A stretch of 58,010 bases of DNA, taken from the NCBI GenBank assembly GCA_029978085.1, contig JAPOJV010000002.1, forward strand, positions 1-58,010. Reading direction: 5' to 3'. Shown here piece by piece: positions 27,762 to 37,066 of the stretch. A program made the position numbers and the translations under genes. Below the pieces are notes generated by a model. The model worked only from the letters and a program-made list of their open reading frames with translations, did not search any database and had not been told where the DNA came from. Source of the stretch: a bacterium (GTDB taxonomy: Bacteria > Planctomycetota > Planctomycetia > Pirellulales > UBA1268). How positions within the stretch are numbered: the first letter of the stretch is position 1; every line of letters starts with the position of its first letter.

Positions 27762-28466
27762 TCACCGGACCAGCCACAAGCTCTCGTCCAGGACTCGTAC
27801 GACCAGCGCCGGAGTCGTGTGCCAGCATGCCGGGGTGTATTTCTCCAGTTCGGCGACCACGGCTGTGACGCTCTCGGGGGCCAAGCTCAGTGCGCCGCCA
27901 GCAGGTGCCGCATCGAGGTCGCCAAGCAGTTCCCGGGCTCGCTGCGTATGCCGGGCTACGCCGTTGGGTTTGCCCTCGCGGACCTTCACGCAAGCCGCAG
28001 CCAGATGGATGAGCCCCTGGACAAACAGGGCTTCAGGAGTCGTCCGGCCGAGAGCGTTCCAGAAGCTTTCCCAGGCTTCGTGCGACTCCCAGTAAAAACC
28101 CTGATTGAAGAGATCCAGGGCGCAGAGCCACCGGGAATTCACGGCGAGGAGAGCGGCAAGGGCACGGCGCCGGGATGCGGGCTCAGTCGGGAGGCTCGCG
28201 AGCACGTCAGGAGAGATCGGCGGCTCGTGTAGCTGGTCTTTCTGAGCGTACAGATGCCCGCGGGGGTCGTTCACCGGGTGGGGCAGGCCTTGGCCGGTGA
28301 TGTAGGCGTACGGCGGCAGCGGAATGGCCGGGGCGTAATGGGGTGGGATTCGAGCGGGCACGGGGGCTGAGGAGTTGTTACGTAGCGCCGGGGTTGGAGA
28401 CGCAAAAGCAAGGACATCCATGAGCGAGCAGGCTGGTGATCGTAACGCGCTAACAGTTGGTAACAC
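27762..28466 (-). CDS. DUF309 domain protein
   Basis: Signature LFNQGFYWESHEAWESFW......QGLIHLAAACVKVREGKPNG. Start is GTG 28466 or ATG 28421. Confidence 0.7.
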   Translation of the reverse strand: MLPTVSALRSPACSLMDVLAFASPTPALRNNSSAPVPARIPPHYAPAIPLPPYAYITGQGLPHPVNDPRGHLYAQKDQLHEPPISPDVLASLPTEPASRRRALAALLAVNSRWLCALDLFNQGFYWESHEAWESFWNALGRTTPEALFVQGLIHLAAACVKVREGKPNGVARHTQRARELLGDLDAAPAGGALSLAPESVTAVVAELEKYTPACWHTTPALVVRVLDESLWLVR

Positions 28467-28740
28467 GCAGCAGGCCAGCGGCAGAACGTCGCGGGCTTCC
28501 GGCCGAAGCCAGGTTCAAGCTCCAGAGCGTCGCGTTCTTCGGCCGGACGCTGGCTGAGTATCTCCAGATGTTCGCGCTGGACCTCGAGGAGCTGCGCAGC
28601 CGGAAGATCCTGGACGTCGCGAGCGGCCCGGGGAGCTTCGTCGCCGAGGCTCTTGCCATGGGTCTGGACGCGACCGGCTGCGACCCGATGTACGCCCAAG
28701 ATGCCGCCACGGTCGCCGCACAGGAGCGGCGAGAGCCGGT
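28457..28740 (+). pseudogene. 5' fragment of a SAM-dependent methyltransferase gene
   Basis: FFGRTLAEYLQMFALDLEELRSRKILDVASGPGSFVAEALAMGLDATGCDPMY carries motif I only. The protein-like sequence ends about where the integrase remnant begins. Confidence 0.5.
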
Positions 28741-28779
28741 ACGTGGCCGGAGCGTTGCCGGGGCTGCCCTTCGAGGCCG

Positions 28780-29215
28780 CGCCGGTCGGCGCGACGTACG
28801 TGATCGGTGCCCGCCTGCGTGAGAAGGCACTGCAGCCTCGGGGGTGGCGGGCATGCAGCCTGCATCCGCAGTTCATGCGGCTCATCAAGCGGGCAGGTCT
28901 CAAGCCGTGGCCCCGCCCGTTCCACAACCTGCGGGCCAGCCGGGAAACGGAACTGATGCACAAGCACCCGATCCACGTCGTGACGGCGTGGCTTGGCAAC
29001 TCACCGCAGATCGCCATGAAGCACTACTGCATGGTGACTGACGAGGACTTCAAGAAGGCCCGGCAAAACCATCCGGACGTCGACCCAAACGGGGGTCGTG
29101 AAAGCGGCGCAGCAACCGCACGCCACGCTTCGCAACGATTCGCACGACTCACGTGCAACCCCTTCGCAGGACGCCACTTCCGCGACGCCCCGCGAAGACC
29201 TGCGAAACCTCAAAA
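28780..29215 (+). pseudogene. C-terminal remnant of a tyrosine recombinase / phage-type integrase
   Basis: …YVIGARLR…FMRLIKRAGLKPWPRPFHNLRASRETELMHKHPIHVVTAWLGNSPQIAMKHYCMVTDEDF carries the H-x-x-R, W-L-G-(H/N) and catalytic Y blocks of the integrase C-terminal domain. There is no N-terminal or core-binding part. The frame runs into the tRNA. Confidence 0.7.
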
Positions 29216-29297
29216 CGGAGGGCACGGGATTCGAACCCGCAACCGGTTTCCCGGCATCTGATTTCGAGTCAGACCGCTAGCCATTCGCTTACCCTCC
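29216..29297 (-). tRNA. tRNA-Ser (anticodon CGA), type II with long variable arm
   Basis: Reverse complement: GGAGGGT acceptor pairing with GCCCTCC. Anticodon stem TCTGA/TCAGA with loop CT-CGA-AA. Variable arm CCGG-GAAA-CCGG. T arm GCGGG-TTCGAAT-CCCGT. No encoded CCA. The D stem is weak (2 Watson-Crick pairs + G.A). Confidence 0.75.
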
Positions 29298-29547
29298 GGG
29301 GACGAGTCTAGGCGGCGCCCTGCGATGGCTCAAGCGCAGGGGCTGCAGCCGCGGTGAACGGCATGGTCCGGCTGCACCGTTCGTAACGAATGGGCGCGGG
29401 ATGCCAATACCGCCCAGCGTGCCGACCGCACCGTCCAGCCGCCGGGCACTCGCTCCGCCACCGCCCGCCTGCCGAAACTCCGGAGAGTAGCGGATGCGAG
29501 CGACGCCCTGGCCGGCCGTCGCAGCCCCGCCCGGAGCACCTGAGCGC

Positions 29548-29865
29548 ATGGCGAAAGATACCTGGCGGCTCGTCACCCGCGGAGCCGACGGCGAGCTTGT
29601 GATTCACGATTTCGATTCCCCCGAGGCCATTCTGCGGACACACCTGCAGGTGGGCTCCGACGATTGCAGCACGGATCTCGCGCTCCGCGGTGCGCCCGTG
29701 TTCCGCTCGCTCGTCGGCCCGATGCCCGAGGGGCGAAACATCGTCCGCTACGAGACGCCCGAGGTCTTTGAGACGCTGACGAAGGAATGGGCGCTGCCCC
29801 GCACACCGCGGCGGCGGTCGCGAAAGAAGGCCGAAGCCCAGGCCCCCGAGGCGACCGATGGCTGA
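29548..29865 (+). CDS. hypothetical protein (105 aa)
   Basis: ATG 29548 with GGAG 12 nt upstream. The stop overlaps the HIT gene start (ATGGCTGA). Confidence 0.5.
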   Translation: MAKDTWRLVTRGADGELVIHDFDSPEAILRTHLQVGSDDCSTDLALRGAPVFRSLVGPMPEGRNIVRYETPEVFETLTKEWALPRTPRRRSRKKAEAQAPEATDG

Positions 29866-30199
29866 GACCGTCTTCGCGAAGATCATTCGCGGTGAGATTC
29901 CCGCGCGGATCGAGCACGACGACGATCTCTGCCTGGCCTTCCACGACGTCGCCCCACAGGCGCCCGTGCATGTGCTCGTGATCCCCAAGCGGCCCATCGA
30001 GTCGCTGGCCGGGGTCGCGGCCGACGATGCGGCGCTGCTCGGGCATCTCGTCGTCGTGGCGACGCAGGTGGCCCGGCGACTCGGCCTCGATTCGGGCTAC
30101 CGCCTCGTGGTCAATTGCGGCCCCGATGGCGGCCAGTCGGTCGACCATCTGCATGTGCATGTGCTCGGCGGCCGCCGGCTAGGCTGGCCGCCGGGCTGA
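29858..30199 (+). CDS. HIT family (histidine triad nucleotide-binding) protein
   Basis: FAKIIRGEIPA…AFHDV.PQAP.H.LVIPK… and the HIT motif HLHVHVLGG. Confidence 0.9.
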   Translation: MAETVFAKIIRGEIPARIEHDDDLCLAFHDVAPQAPVHVLVIPKRPIESLAGVAADDAALLGHLVVVATQVARRLGLDSGYRLVVNCGPDGGQSVDHLHVHVLGGRRLGWPPG

Positions 30200-30205
30200 G
30201 ACCGG

Positions 30206-33200
30206 TCACTTCCACCACTTCTTCGACTTGCCGCGGCCCACCGCCGCCTTGGCCGCTGCCTCCTTCGCCGCCGCCTCGACCGCCGACTGCTCGGGCACGA
30301 ACGCCTCGAGATACCGCGGCCAATGGCCTGCCAGGTCGACGAGACAGCCACCGACGTCGTCGGCCGCGAGCCGCTGATCGAGCACCGTCAACAGCCGTGT
30401 CAGCTGCACCCGCTGGGCCTCGGCGAACGCGAGGTCGAACAGCCGCACCTCGTCGATCTCGACGCTGCCGGGCCCGAGAAGATCGAACCGCACCCGCAGC
30501 GACTCCAGCCCGCCGTCGGGTAAGTCGTCCACTTGGAGCACGAACTGCGCCCACTGACTCCCGAGCGGACGGCCGCCAGCCAGCCCGCCGATCGCAGCGA
30601 ACCGATAGTATTCGCGACCGTTCTCGTCTCCCTCGAGCGCGATCCGGAGCGGCGGCTGAGGGTCTCCCTCCTTGATCCGCAGCCAGGCCGCGATGCTCAG
30701 TCGGCCCGACGCCGGCCGCGCGAACGGATTGCTGCGGAGGGTGGACAGCCCATTCGCCGACGTGAAGCTCGCCGCCCGGCTCCCCGCCGGATCCCGGCCG
30801 GCGACGACGGCGAGCGTGCCGCGGCGGGCCTCCACGATCTCCCAGCCCGGCAGGCTCGGCCGCATCCCGCCTGTCATCGCCCCCTCACCCCCTAGTTCGA
30901 AGCTCGGGTTGTCGAGCACGTCGATCGGCAGGGGCATCTCGAGCGTCTTTCGCCGTTCCTTCAACTGCCCGACGCGGGCCACGACCGCATCCCGCACCGC
31001 CGGCTCATACCCGATCCGCGCCGCCGTGATCCGCACCGCCCCTTCGACCCACAGGCCGCGCATGCCCCAGGCCTCGACGGGGATAGGGAAGGATGTGTCA
31101 GCGAGAGGCAGTCGCGTGCCCGTCACGGCATCGACCACACCGAGCGGCTGCCGGTCGAGCGTGACCGTCACCGTCGCCGCCTCCGCAGCCGCATTCACCA
31201 CATGCAGCCACGTCCGCCCGCTCACCTGTTTGCTGCGGATGACCAGCGGGGCGGGTAGCCCAGCGACGGTGTCGAACGGCTCAGCGGGCAGGCTTTCAAC
31301 CGCCTGCCGGCTCGCCACCTGCTCCGCGGGCAGCGCGCGGACGAGCCCCTCATCGAACACGACTTCGAGATCCGAGGCGACATGCGCCTCGGCCAGGCTC
31401 CGCTCCCGCTCGGTGAACGTCGCGGCGCACTGGATCGACAGCGGACCGCTCACCGCAGCAGAACTGAACGGTCCATGTGGCACGACGCCGGCGAGATCGA
31501 GCTGTCGCGACTCGCCGAGCAGCGTGCCGCCCCGGCAGCCCGAGGTCGTGACGGCGAGCGCCCGATTCGCCGCAGCCGTGGCTGACTCGGCGGCAAGGCT
31601 CCGGCCCCCACCGCGCACCTGCGGCGGCACATAGAGCACCCGCGAATCGGCCGCAAAGCACGCCGGGTCGAAGGCGATCTCACGGAGCACGTCGCCGGCG
31701 TGCGACTCCGCGGCCAGCGTGGGGCGAAACCGAGCCGCCAGTTCGCCGTCGGAAAGCAACGTCGTGGGGACGACGGCGAGCACGCGGCCCTCCTGCCCCT
31801 GCGTCACCACGTCCGCCAGCCGCCTCCAGAAGGCGGCCGTCTGCGCGGTCCGCCACTCGAGCCACTCCGCCCGCATCGGCCCCTCGACGACCGCAGCGCG
31901 AGCGGCGAACCGATTCTCGGCGACAGGCTCTTCGAGTTTCATGTCGGCAAGAAATCGGCGGAACGTGGCGTCGTCGAGCCCCCAGGCCAGGCCGGGCATG
32001 TGCAACCAGCCGTCGCTGGTGAGCACGACGGCCAGCCCGTCCACGGCCGCGGCGTCGCGGGTGCGACCGACGAGTTCCTCGAGCAGTTCGACCACGGCCG
32101 CCTGCACCCGCGGATCGAGGATGTTGTAGTGAACGCCCCCCTGTGGCCCCGTCCGCCGCGGCCGTCCGTCGCGCCCCACGCAGGCGATGCCCGTCGCGTC
32201 GGAGCCGCCGCGAGCCAGCACGGACTCCACCGCGGGAAGCGGCGCGTCGAACACGACGGCCGGCAGGAGCCGCACGCCCTCGCGGCCACACCTGCGGCAG
32301 AGCAGCTCCAGAAGATCCTTCGGCCCGGGATCGAGTCCGACGTCGACAACGGCCCCACTGCCCCAGCGCGGTGCCTGACGCACGACCGCCGACGGCCACG
32401 TGGCGGCACCGTCGTCATACACCGTCACGACTGCGCCGGCTGCGGCTCGGGCCCGCAGCTGCTCGACGAGATGCTGCGTCGCGTCGAGATGCGTTCGCCA
32501 GTCGGACACCGCGCCGGCTCCATCGCGGACCACACGATCGCGGCCGCCGAAGTCACTGAACGATGGATCGGAGACATACGCATGGAGCTGGCGGCCTCCA
32601 CCAGAGGCCGGTGGCGCCGCAGCGGGCAGACGGTCCGGCCCGGCCAGCACCCGCACGCGGCCGAAGAGGGCGGGCTGGCCGCCCGGATTCGCAATCACCA
32701 CGAGCGGCTGGCGGGTCGTGGGCCAGAAGGCGAAGCGATGGACGCCGAGGCGGGCGGCCCCAGCCTCACGCCGCACCTCGAAGCCCCCCGCATGCCGTGA
32801 CTGCACCTTCGCCCCGGCCGCGTCGGCCTCGAGTACGGCCACGCCGACGACTGAATCGTGATCCGATGGAAACTCCACCTCCACCAGATGCGGCCGCCCC
32901 GGCTCGGCATTCGCCACCAGCACGCCTTCCCAGGTCGGCGTTCCCTTGTCGTCGCACGGCGGCAGCCGGAGCATCGGGCCGAGCGGGTGCGGCTCCACCC
33001 GGCTATGACCGACGGCCAGCAGGCCGCTCAGCCGCGGCACCATCGACGAGAGGGAGGACATGCTCGGCACCGGCACGGCTGGCAGCTTCGGCAGCGGCAC
33101 GTTCGGCCGCGGAATCGCGGGGAGCGACATCGAGGGCAATGGCACCGCTGGCAGCGGCACGCTCGGCAGCCCGAGGCCCGGCAGCCTGCGCAACCGCTCA

Positions 33201-34201
33201 TGGAGCTTGGGGCTGCCGGGGTCGAGTTCGTAGACGACCTTCCAGTCGGCCGTCGTCGGCACATCGGCCGCGGTGTCGGCGATCGCGACGAACTGGATGG
33301 TGCGGCTGGCCAACGGCCGCGTCCAGCGCAGACTGCTGCGTTCCACCGCCTCGAGATCGATCTCGTAGGCGCCCTCGACCGGCGGCACGACGACGTCGAA
33401 GGTCACGGCCGCATACCGGATCGGCTGCGGCCCCGCGACCGCCGGATCGGCTGCGAGCGGCGTGAGCACCGTCTCGGAACTGGCGATCTCGCCCCCCTCC
33501 CCGGTCGGCTTGAGCCGCATCGTGAGCACGACAGGCAGGCCGCTGTCGGCCTTCGCCATGAGGAGCGGATCAACCGTGATCCGCACGCGATCGCCCGGCC
33601 GCCGCACGGCCTCGCGCGACATCGCCACCGGATCAGCGCCGGCATCGCCCAGCGTGACTCGCAGCATGTCGCCGGCGGCGATCTTGGCAGCAAATCGATT
33701 GCCGGCATCGTCCAGCGGCTCGGACACGGGCTTGCCGAGCAGATCGGTGAGTGGCACGTCGATCGCGATCGGGGCGGAGGACGATCCCGCGGGCCGCAGC
33801 GCCGCAACGAGTCGCCGACCAGGAAGGTCGCGCACCACGATCTCGACGCCGTCGTTGGTAACCGGCCGAGGCTGGTGCACTTCGAGGGCATGTGACTGTT
33901 CGTGCACGAAGGCGGCCGCGTCCGGCTCGAGTGAAAGCGTGCGCCAGCCTACGGGCTCTGCCGGCGCCGACGCGTCGGCGGCGTTGACGACCGCGATTCG
34001 GCCCGTCCAGGCGCGTGGCTGCCCGCCTCCCCACGTGATCCGCACCGTCAGCGGCCGGCCGGCCGAGACCGGCGTGACTGGCGCCGCGATCGCCGTGGCG
34101 AGGTCTGCTGCGGCTGTCGTCGGCAGCGGCAGCCACAGAGCGGCCAGAGCAGCAGCGAGCAGGCGCCACGACGGCAGCAAGATGCGAGCGCACGACGACA
34201 C
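30206..34201 (-). CDS. very large exported hypothetical protein (1331 aa) with central glycoside-hydrolase-like and C-terminal CBM-like regions
   Basis: GTG 34201 gives a signal peptide (SSCARILLPSWRLLAAALAALWLPLPTTAAA). The central block YNILDPRVQAAVVELLEELV…DGLAVVL resembles GHL10-type TIM barrels. The C-terminus NPSFE…LPGWE… resembles a CBM4/9-like jelly roll. Domain calls are tentative. Confidence 0.7.
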   Translation of the reverse strand: MSSCARILLPSWRLLAAALAALWLPLPTTAAADLATAIAAPVTPVSAGRPLTVRITWGGGQPRAWTGRIAVVNAADASAPAEPVGWRTLSLEPDAAAFVHEQSHALEVHQPRPVTNDGVEIVVRDLPGRRLVAALRPAGSSSAPIAIDVPLTDLLGKPVSEPLDDAGNRFAAKIAAGDMLRVTLGDAGADPVAMSREAVRRPGDRVRITVDPLLMAKADSGLPVVLTMRLKPTGEGGEIASSETVLTPLAADPAVAGPQPIRYAAVTFDVVVPPVEGAYEIDLEAVERSSLRWTRPLASRTIQFVAIADTAADVPTTADWKVVYELDPGSPKLHERLRRLPGLGLPSVPLPAVPLPSMSLPAIPRPNVPLPKLPAVPVPSMSSLSSMVPRLSGLLAVGHSRVEPHPLGPMLRLPPCDDKGTPTWEGVLVANAEPGRPHLVEVEFPSDHDSVVGVAVLEADAAGAKVQSRHAGGFEVRREAGAARLGVHRFAFWPTTRQPLVVIANPGGQPALFGRVRVLAGPDRLPAAAPPASGGGRQLHAYVSDPSFSDFGGRDRVVRDGAGAVSDWRTHLDATQHLVEQLRARAAAGAVVTVYDDGAATWPSAVVRQAPRWGSGAVVDVGLDPGPKDLLELLCRRCGREGVRLLPAVVFDAPLPAVESVLARGGSDATGIACVGRDGRPRRTGPQGGVHYNILDPRVQAAVVELLEELVGRTRDAAAVDGLAVVLTSDGWLHMPGLAWGLDDATFRRFLADMKLEEPVAENRFAARAAVVEGPMRAEWLEWRTAQTAAFWRRLADVVTQGQEGRVLAVVPTTLLSDGELAARFRPTLAAESHAGDVLREIAFDPACFAADSRVLYVPPQVRGGGRSLAAESATAAANRALAVTTSGCRGGTLLGESRQLDLAGVVPHGPFSSAAVSGPLSIQCAATFTERERSLAEAHVASDLEVVFDEGLVRALPAEQVASRQAVESLPAEPFDTVAGLPAPLVIRSKQVSGRTWLHVVNAAAEAATVTVTLDRQPLGVVDAVTGTRLPLADTSFPIPVEAWGMRGLWVEGAVRITAARIGYEPAVRDAVVARVGQLKERRKTLEMPLPIDVLDNPSFELGGEGAMTGGMRPSLPGWEIVEARRGTLAVVAGRDPAGSRAASFTSANGLSTLRSNPFARPASGRLSIAAWLRIKEGDPQPPLRIALEGDENGREYYRFAAIGGLAGGRPLGSQWAQFVLQVDDLPDGGLESLRVRFDLLGPGSVEIDEVRLFDLAFAEAQRVQLTRLLTVLDQRLAADDVGGCLVDLAGHWPRYLEAFVPEQSAVEAAAKEAAAKAAVGRGKSKKWWK

Positions 34202-34316
34202 GAGCCAGCCATCCGGGGCCAGTGATCCCGCGCGGCACGGCGACGATCGACAGCCGGCGGGGGGCGGATGGTAGCGAGACAGCGCAGGCCGGGCAAAGCG
34301 GTTTTCCCCGCAAAAA

Positions 34317-35501
34317 CTACCCGTGGCCCCGCTCCACGGCCGGCGAGAGCGGTGCAGTCCAGGCCTGACGCAGGCCGCCGGCAGCCAGCATGGCGAGCAG
34401 GCCGGCGAGTTCGTCGAGTTCCTGCGGGCAGCGATCGGCCACATCACACAGCTCGAAAAAATCGTCCGGCTTCGCGTAGAGCCGAACGCCGGCGGCGGCC
34501 GACTCATCCGCCGACTCCCGCGGAGCGATCGCCTGCCAGCCACTGGTCACGATCGCATCGCCCCCCCGTGTCGTCGCGATCACGCGATCGCGGCCCGGCG
34601 CCGACCAATCCGCGAGCAGTGGAGCCAGACTTCGCCCCTGCCAGGGCTCGTGCGGCAGTTCAGCCGCCGCGGCGTTGCCGACCAACTCGCGAAGCGTCGC
34701 CCCCAGGTCGGCCGGCGTGGCCAGGCCCGCGCAGCGTTGGGCGGCCATGCGGCCGTCGGCATCGACGAGGATCGCCGGCAGGTGAATGACCTCGCCATAC
34801 GGGGGCATGTCGCCGGGCCCCACGCGGCGGTGCAGTCCAAGGCCCATGCCGCGCAGCCCAACCACGAGCACGGTCCACGGGCCGTCGCCCGCCGCCTCGA
34901 GTAGTCCGGCGAGACACCGGTCGAGGAGCGTCAACTGCGCGGCGAACACATGGCGGATGCCCACGAGCAGATCGGGATCGGTGTCGGCTCCGGCCACGAA
35001 GTCGGGCACGGCGGCGCCCGGTGGCGGAGGCGGGTCGTCAGGATCCTGATAGGCGGCCACGAAGTCCTCGGGCGCATCCCAGGCGATGCCGAGCGCCGAG
35101 GCATGCACGACGAGGTGCCGCGAGCCGCGAGCCACCGCGTCGGCCGCAGCCGCGAAGAGCCGCGCGAGAGCGGTCGCCTCCGGCTCGGCCGCGGCAGTGG
35201 CTTTCGGCAGGGCTTCGACGACCTGCACGGTCGCGCGTGCCTCGAGCCCATTGGTCGGGCCGGCCGCCGCGAACCGCGGGTCGTCGGTCACCAGGGCTAC
35301 GTCCTCGAGACCGCCGATGAGATCGACCAGCGTGCCCTGGGCCTCGTCAGTCGTGGCATACAGCCGATCGAAGACGAGCCCGCGGCCGGCCAGCGCCGTG
35401 AGCGTCTGCATGGCCACCCAGGTTGCGCCGTACGGTGGCAGGATCCAGGCCGGCAGCCGATCGATCGCGATCACGAGCAGGCGGGACGAAATGGGCGGCA
35501 T
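34317..35501 (-). CDS. sulfatase-like (alkaline phosphatase superfamily) protein lacking the catalytic C/S-x-P-x-R motif
   Basis: ATG 35501 with GAGGAG upstream. Sulfatase-like topology (LLVIAIDRL…, …YGEVIHLPAILVD…ATPADLGATLRELVG…QGRSLAPLL…, …LYAKPDDFFELCDVA). No CxPxR/SxPxR and no SDHG-type His. Confidence 0.65.
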   Translation of the reverse strand: MPPISSRLLVIAIDRLPAWILPPYGATWVAMQTLTALAGRGLVFDRLYATTDEAQGTLVDLIGGLEDVALVTDDPRFAAAGPTNGLEARATVQVVEALPKATAAAEPEATALARLFAAAADAVARGSRHLVVHASALGIAWDAPEDFVAAYQDPDDPPPPPGAAVPDFVAGADTDPDLLVGIRHVFAAQLTLLDRCLAGLLEAAGDGPWTVLVVGLRGMGLGLHRRVGPGDMPPYGEVIHLPAILVDADGRMAAQRCAGLATPADLGATLRELVGNAAAAELPHEPWQGRSLAPLLADWSAPGRDRVIATTRGGDAIVTSGWQAIAPRESADESAAAGVRLYAKPDDFFELCDVADRCPQELDELAGLLAMLAAGGLRQAWTAPLSPAVERGHG

Positions 35502-35629
35502 GCGCCGATGCTCCTCGGGGACCTGTTCATTCGCTGGCCTGCCCACTGAATCTCGTCCGGGACCTGTTGCCTTGATCGTGGGCGGTCAGCCATGCTGTCA
35601 ACATCCCAATCTCCCGCGCCGGATCTGGC

Positions 35630-37066
35630 ATGGCTCATTCGCCTCATTCCTACCGCACCCAGCCGGCCGCCACCACGCGGATGCCCCCTGGCATCCCTTT
35701 CATCGTGGGCAACGAGGCGGCCGAGCGATTCTCGTTTTACGGGATGAAGACGATTCTCGTCGTCTTCATGACCCAGTATCTCCTCTCCGCGACCGGCCAG
35801 CCCGACACCATGACGGAGACGGAGTCGCGGGAGTGGATGCACCTGTTCGTGGCCAGCGCCTACCTCTTTCCTTTGATCGGTGGCCTCGTGGCCGACGCCT
35901 TCCTGGGGAAGTATCTCACGATCCTGCTGCTCTCGCTCGTCTACTGCGTGGGCCATCTGTTTCTGGCGTTCATGGACATGCCCGAGCCATTCCTGGAGGC
36001 CACACTCGCCCCCCGCGGCTGGCTGCTCGCCGGGCTGGCACTGATCGCAATCGGCTCTGGGGGCATCAAGCCCTGCGTGTCGGCCCACGTGGGCGACCAG
36101 TTCGGCCAGTCCAACAAGCACCTCCTGGAGCGGGTGTTCGGCTGGTTCTATTTCGCGATCAACTTCGGCTCGTTCTTTTCCACGCTGCTCACGCCGTGGC
36201 TGCTCGTGAAAGCCGGGCCGGGCTGGGCCTTCGGCGTGCCCGGCATCCTCATGGCCGTCGCCACGCTCGTGTTCTGGCTGGGCCGCAACCGGTTCGTACA
36301 CGTGCCGCCCCGGGGCATGGCCTACTTCCAAGAGACGTTCAGCCCGGAGGGGCTGGCCGCGATCGGCCGGCTCGTCCCGCTCTATCTGCTCGTGGCGGTC
36401 TTCTGGTCACTGTTCGACCAGTCTGGAGGAGCCTGGGTGCAGCAGGCGGCGCGGATGGATCGGCGGTTTCTCGGCATCGACTGGCTTGAGAGCCAGATCC
36501 AGGCCGTCAACCCGCTGCTCGTGCTCCTCTTCATCCCGCTCTTCGGCCTCGTCATCTACCCGGCCGTGGGCCGACTGGTCGACTTCACGCCGCTTCGTCG
36601 GATTCTGGTCGGCTTCGCGCTCGCCACGGCCGCCTTCGCGATCTCGGCCTATGCCGAGCGGCTGATCGACGCCGAGGCCGCCCGGCTGGCGGTCGTTCCG
36701 GAGGGGGCGGCCGCCGCCCGCTGGCCCTCGGTCGGCTGGCAGCTTCTTGCCTACGTGGTGATCACCGCCGCGGAGGTGCTGGTGTCGATCACCTGCCTCG
36801 AATTCAGCTACACGCAGGCCCCGCCCCAGATGAAGTCGCTCGTCATGAGCCTCTATCTGCTGAGCATCTCGCTGGGCAATCTGTTCACGGCGGCCGTGAA
36901 CATGGCCACGAAGGATGCGGCCGGCAACTCCACGCTGACCGGGGAACGGTACTATTGGTTCTTCGCGGGCTGCATGGCGGCGGCCACGGTGCTGATGGTG
37001 CCCGTGCTCGCCTGGTATCGGCCGCGAGAGTACCTGCAGCGTGAGGCTGAGGAGGTGGTGGCATGA
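35630..37066 (+). CDS. POT/PTR2 family proton-dependent oligopeptide transporter
   Basis: PTR2 signature [31 protein letters not shown], and about 12-14 TM helices. Confidence 0.88.
   Translation: MAHSPHSYRTQPAATTRMPPGIPFIVGNEAAERFSFYGMKTILVVFMTQYLLSATGQPDTMTETESREWMHLFVASAYLFPLIGGLVADAFLGKYLTILLLSLVYCVGHLFLAFMDMPEPFLEATLAPRGWLLAGLALIAIGSGGIKPCVSAHVGDQFGQSNKHLLERVFGWFYFAINFGSFFSTLLTPWLLVKAGPGWAFGVPGILMAVATLVFWLGRNRFVHVPPRGMAYFQETFSPEGLAAIGRLVPLYLLVAVFWSLFDQSGGAWVQQAARMDRRFLGIDWLESQIQAVNPLLVLLFIPLFGLVIYPAVGRLVDFTPLRRILVGFALATAAFAISAYAERLIDAEAARLAVVPEGAAAARWPSVGWQLLAYVVITAAEVLVSITCLEFSYTQAPPQMKSLVMSLYLLSISLGNLFTAAVNMATKDAAGNSTLTGERYYWFFAGCMAAATVLMVPVLAWYRPREYLQREAEEVVA

Noticed and set aside
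27160-27993. 277-aa minus-strand ORF and the 104-aa plus-strand ORF 27292..27606
   Set aside because: The first overlaps the DUF309 gene in another frame and is Arg/Cys/Pro-rich. The second has no motif. A signal-peptide-like stub (MPRLPLSAVLFFAATVGV..., about 26907-27011, minus strand) and another (MNTFRRVASFSAPVPVF...) suggest gene debris, but I cannot support a call.
29216-29261. C-terminal tail of ORF 28653..29261 (…NGGHGIRTRNRFPGI)
   Set aside because: These codons are simply the translation of the tRNA-Ser gene on the opposite strand, not protein-coding sequence.
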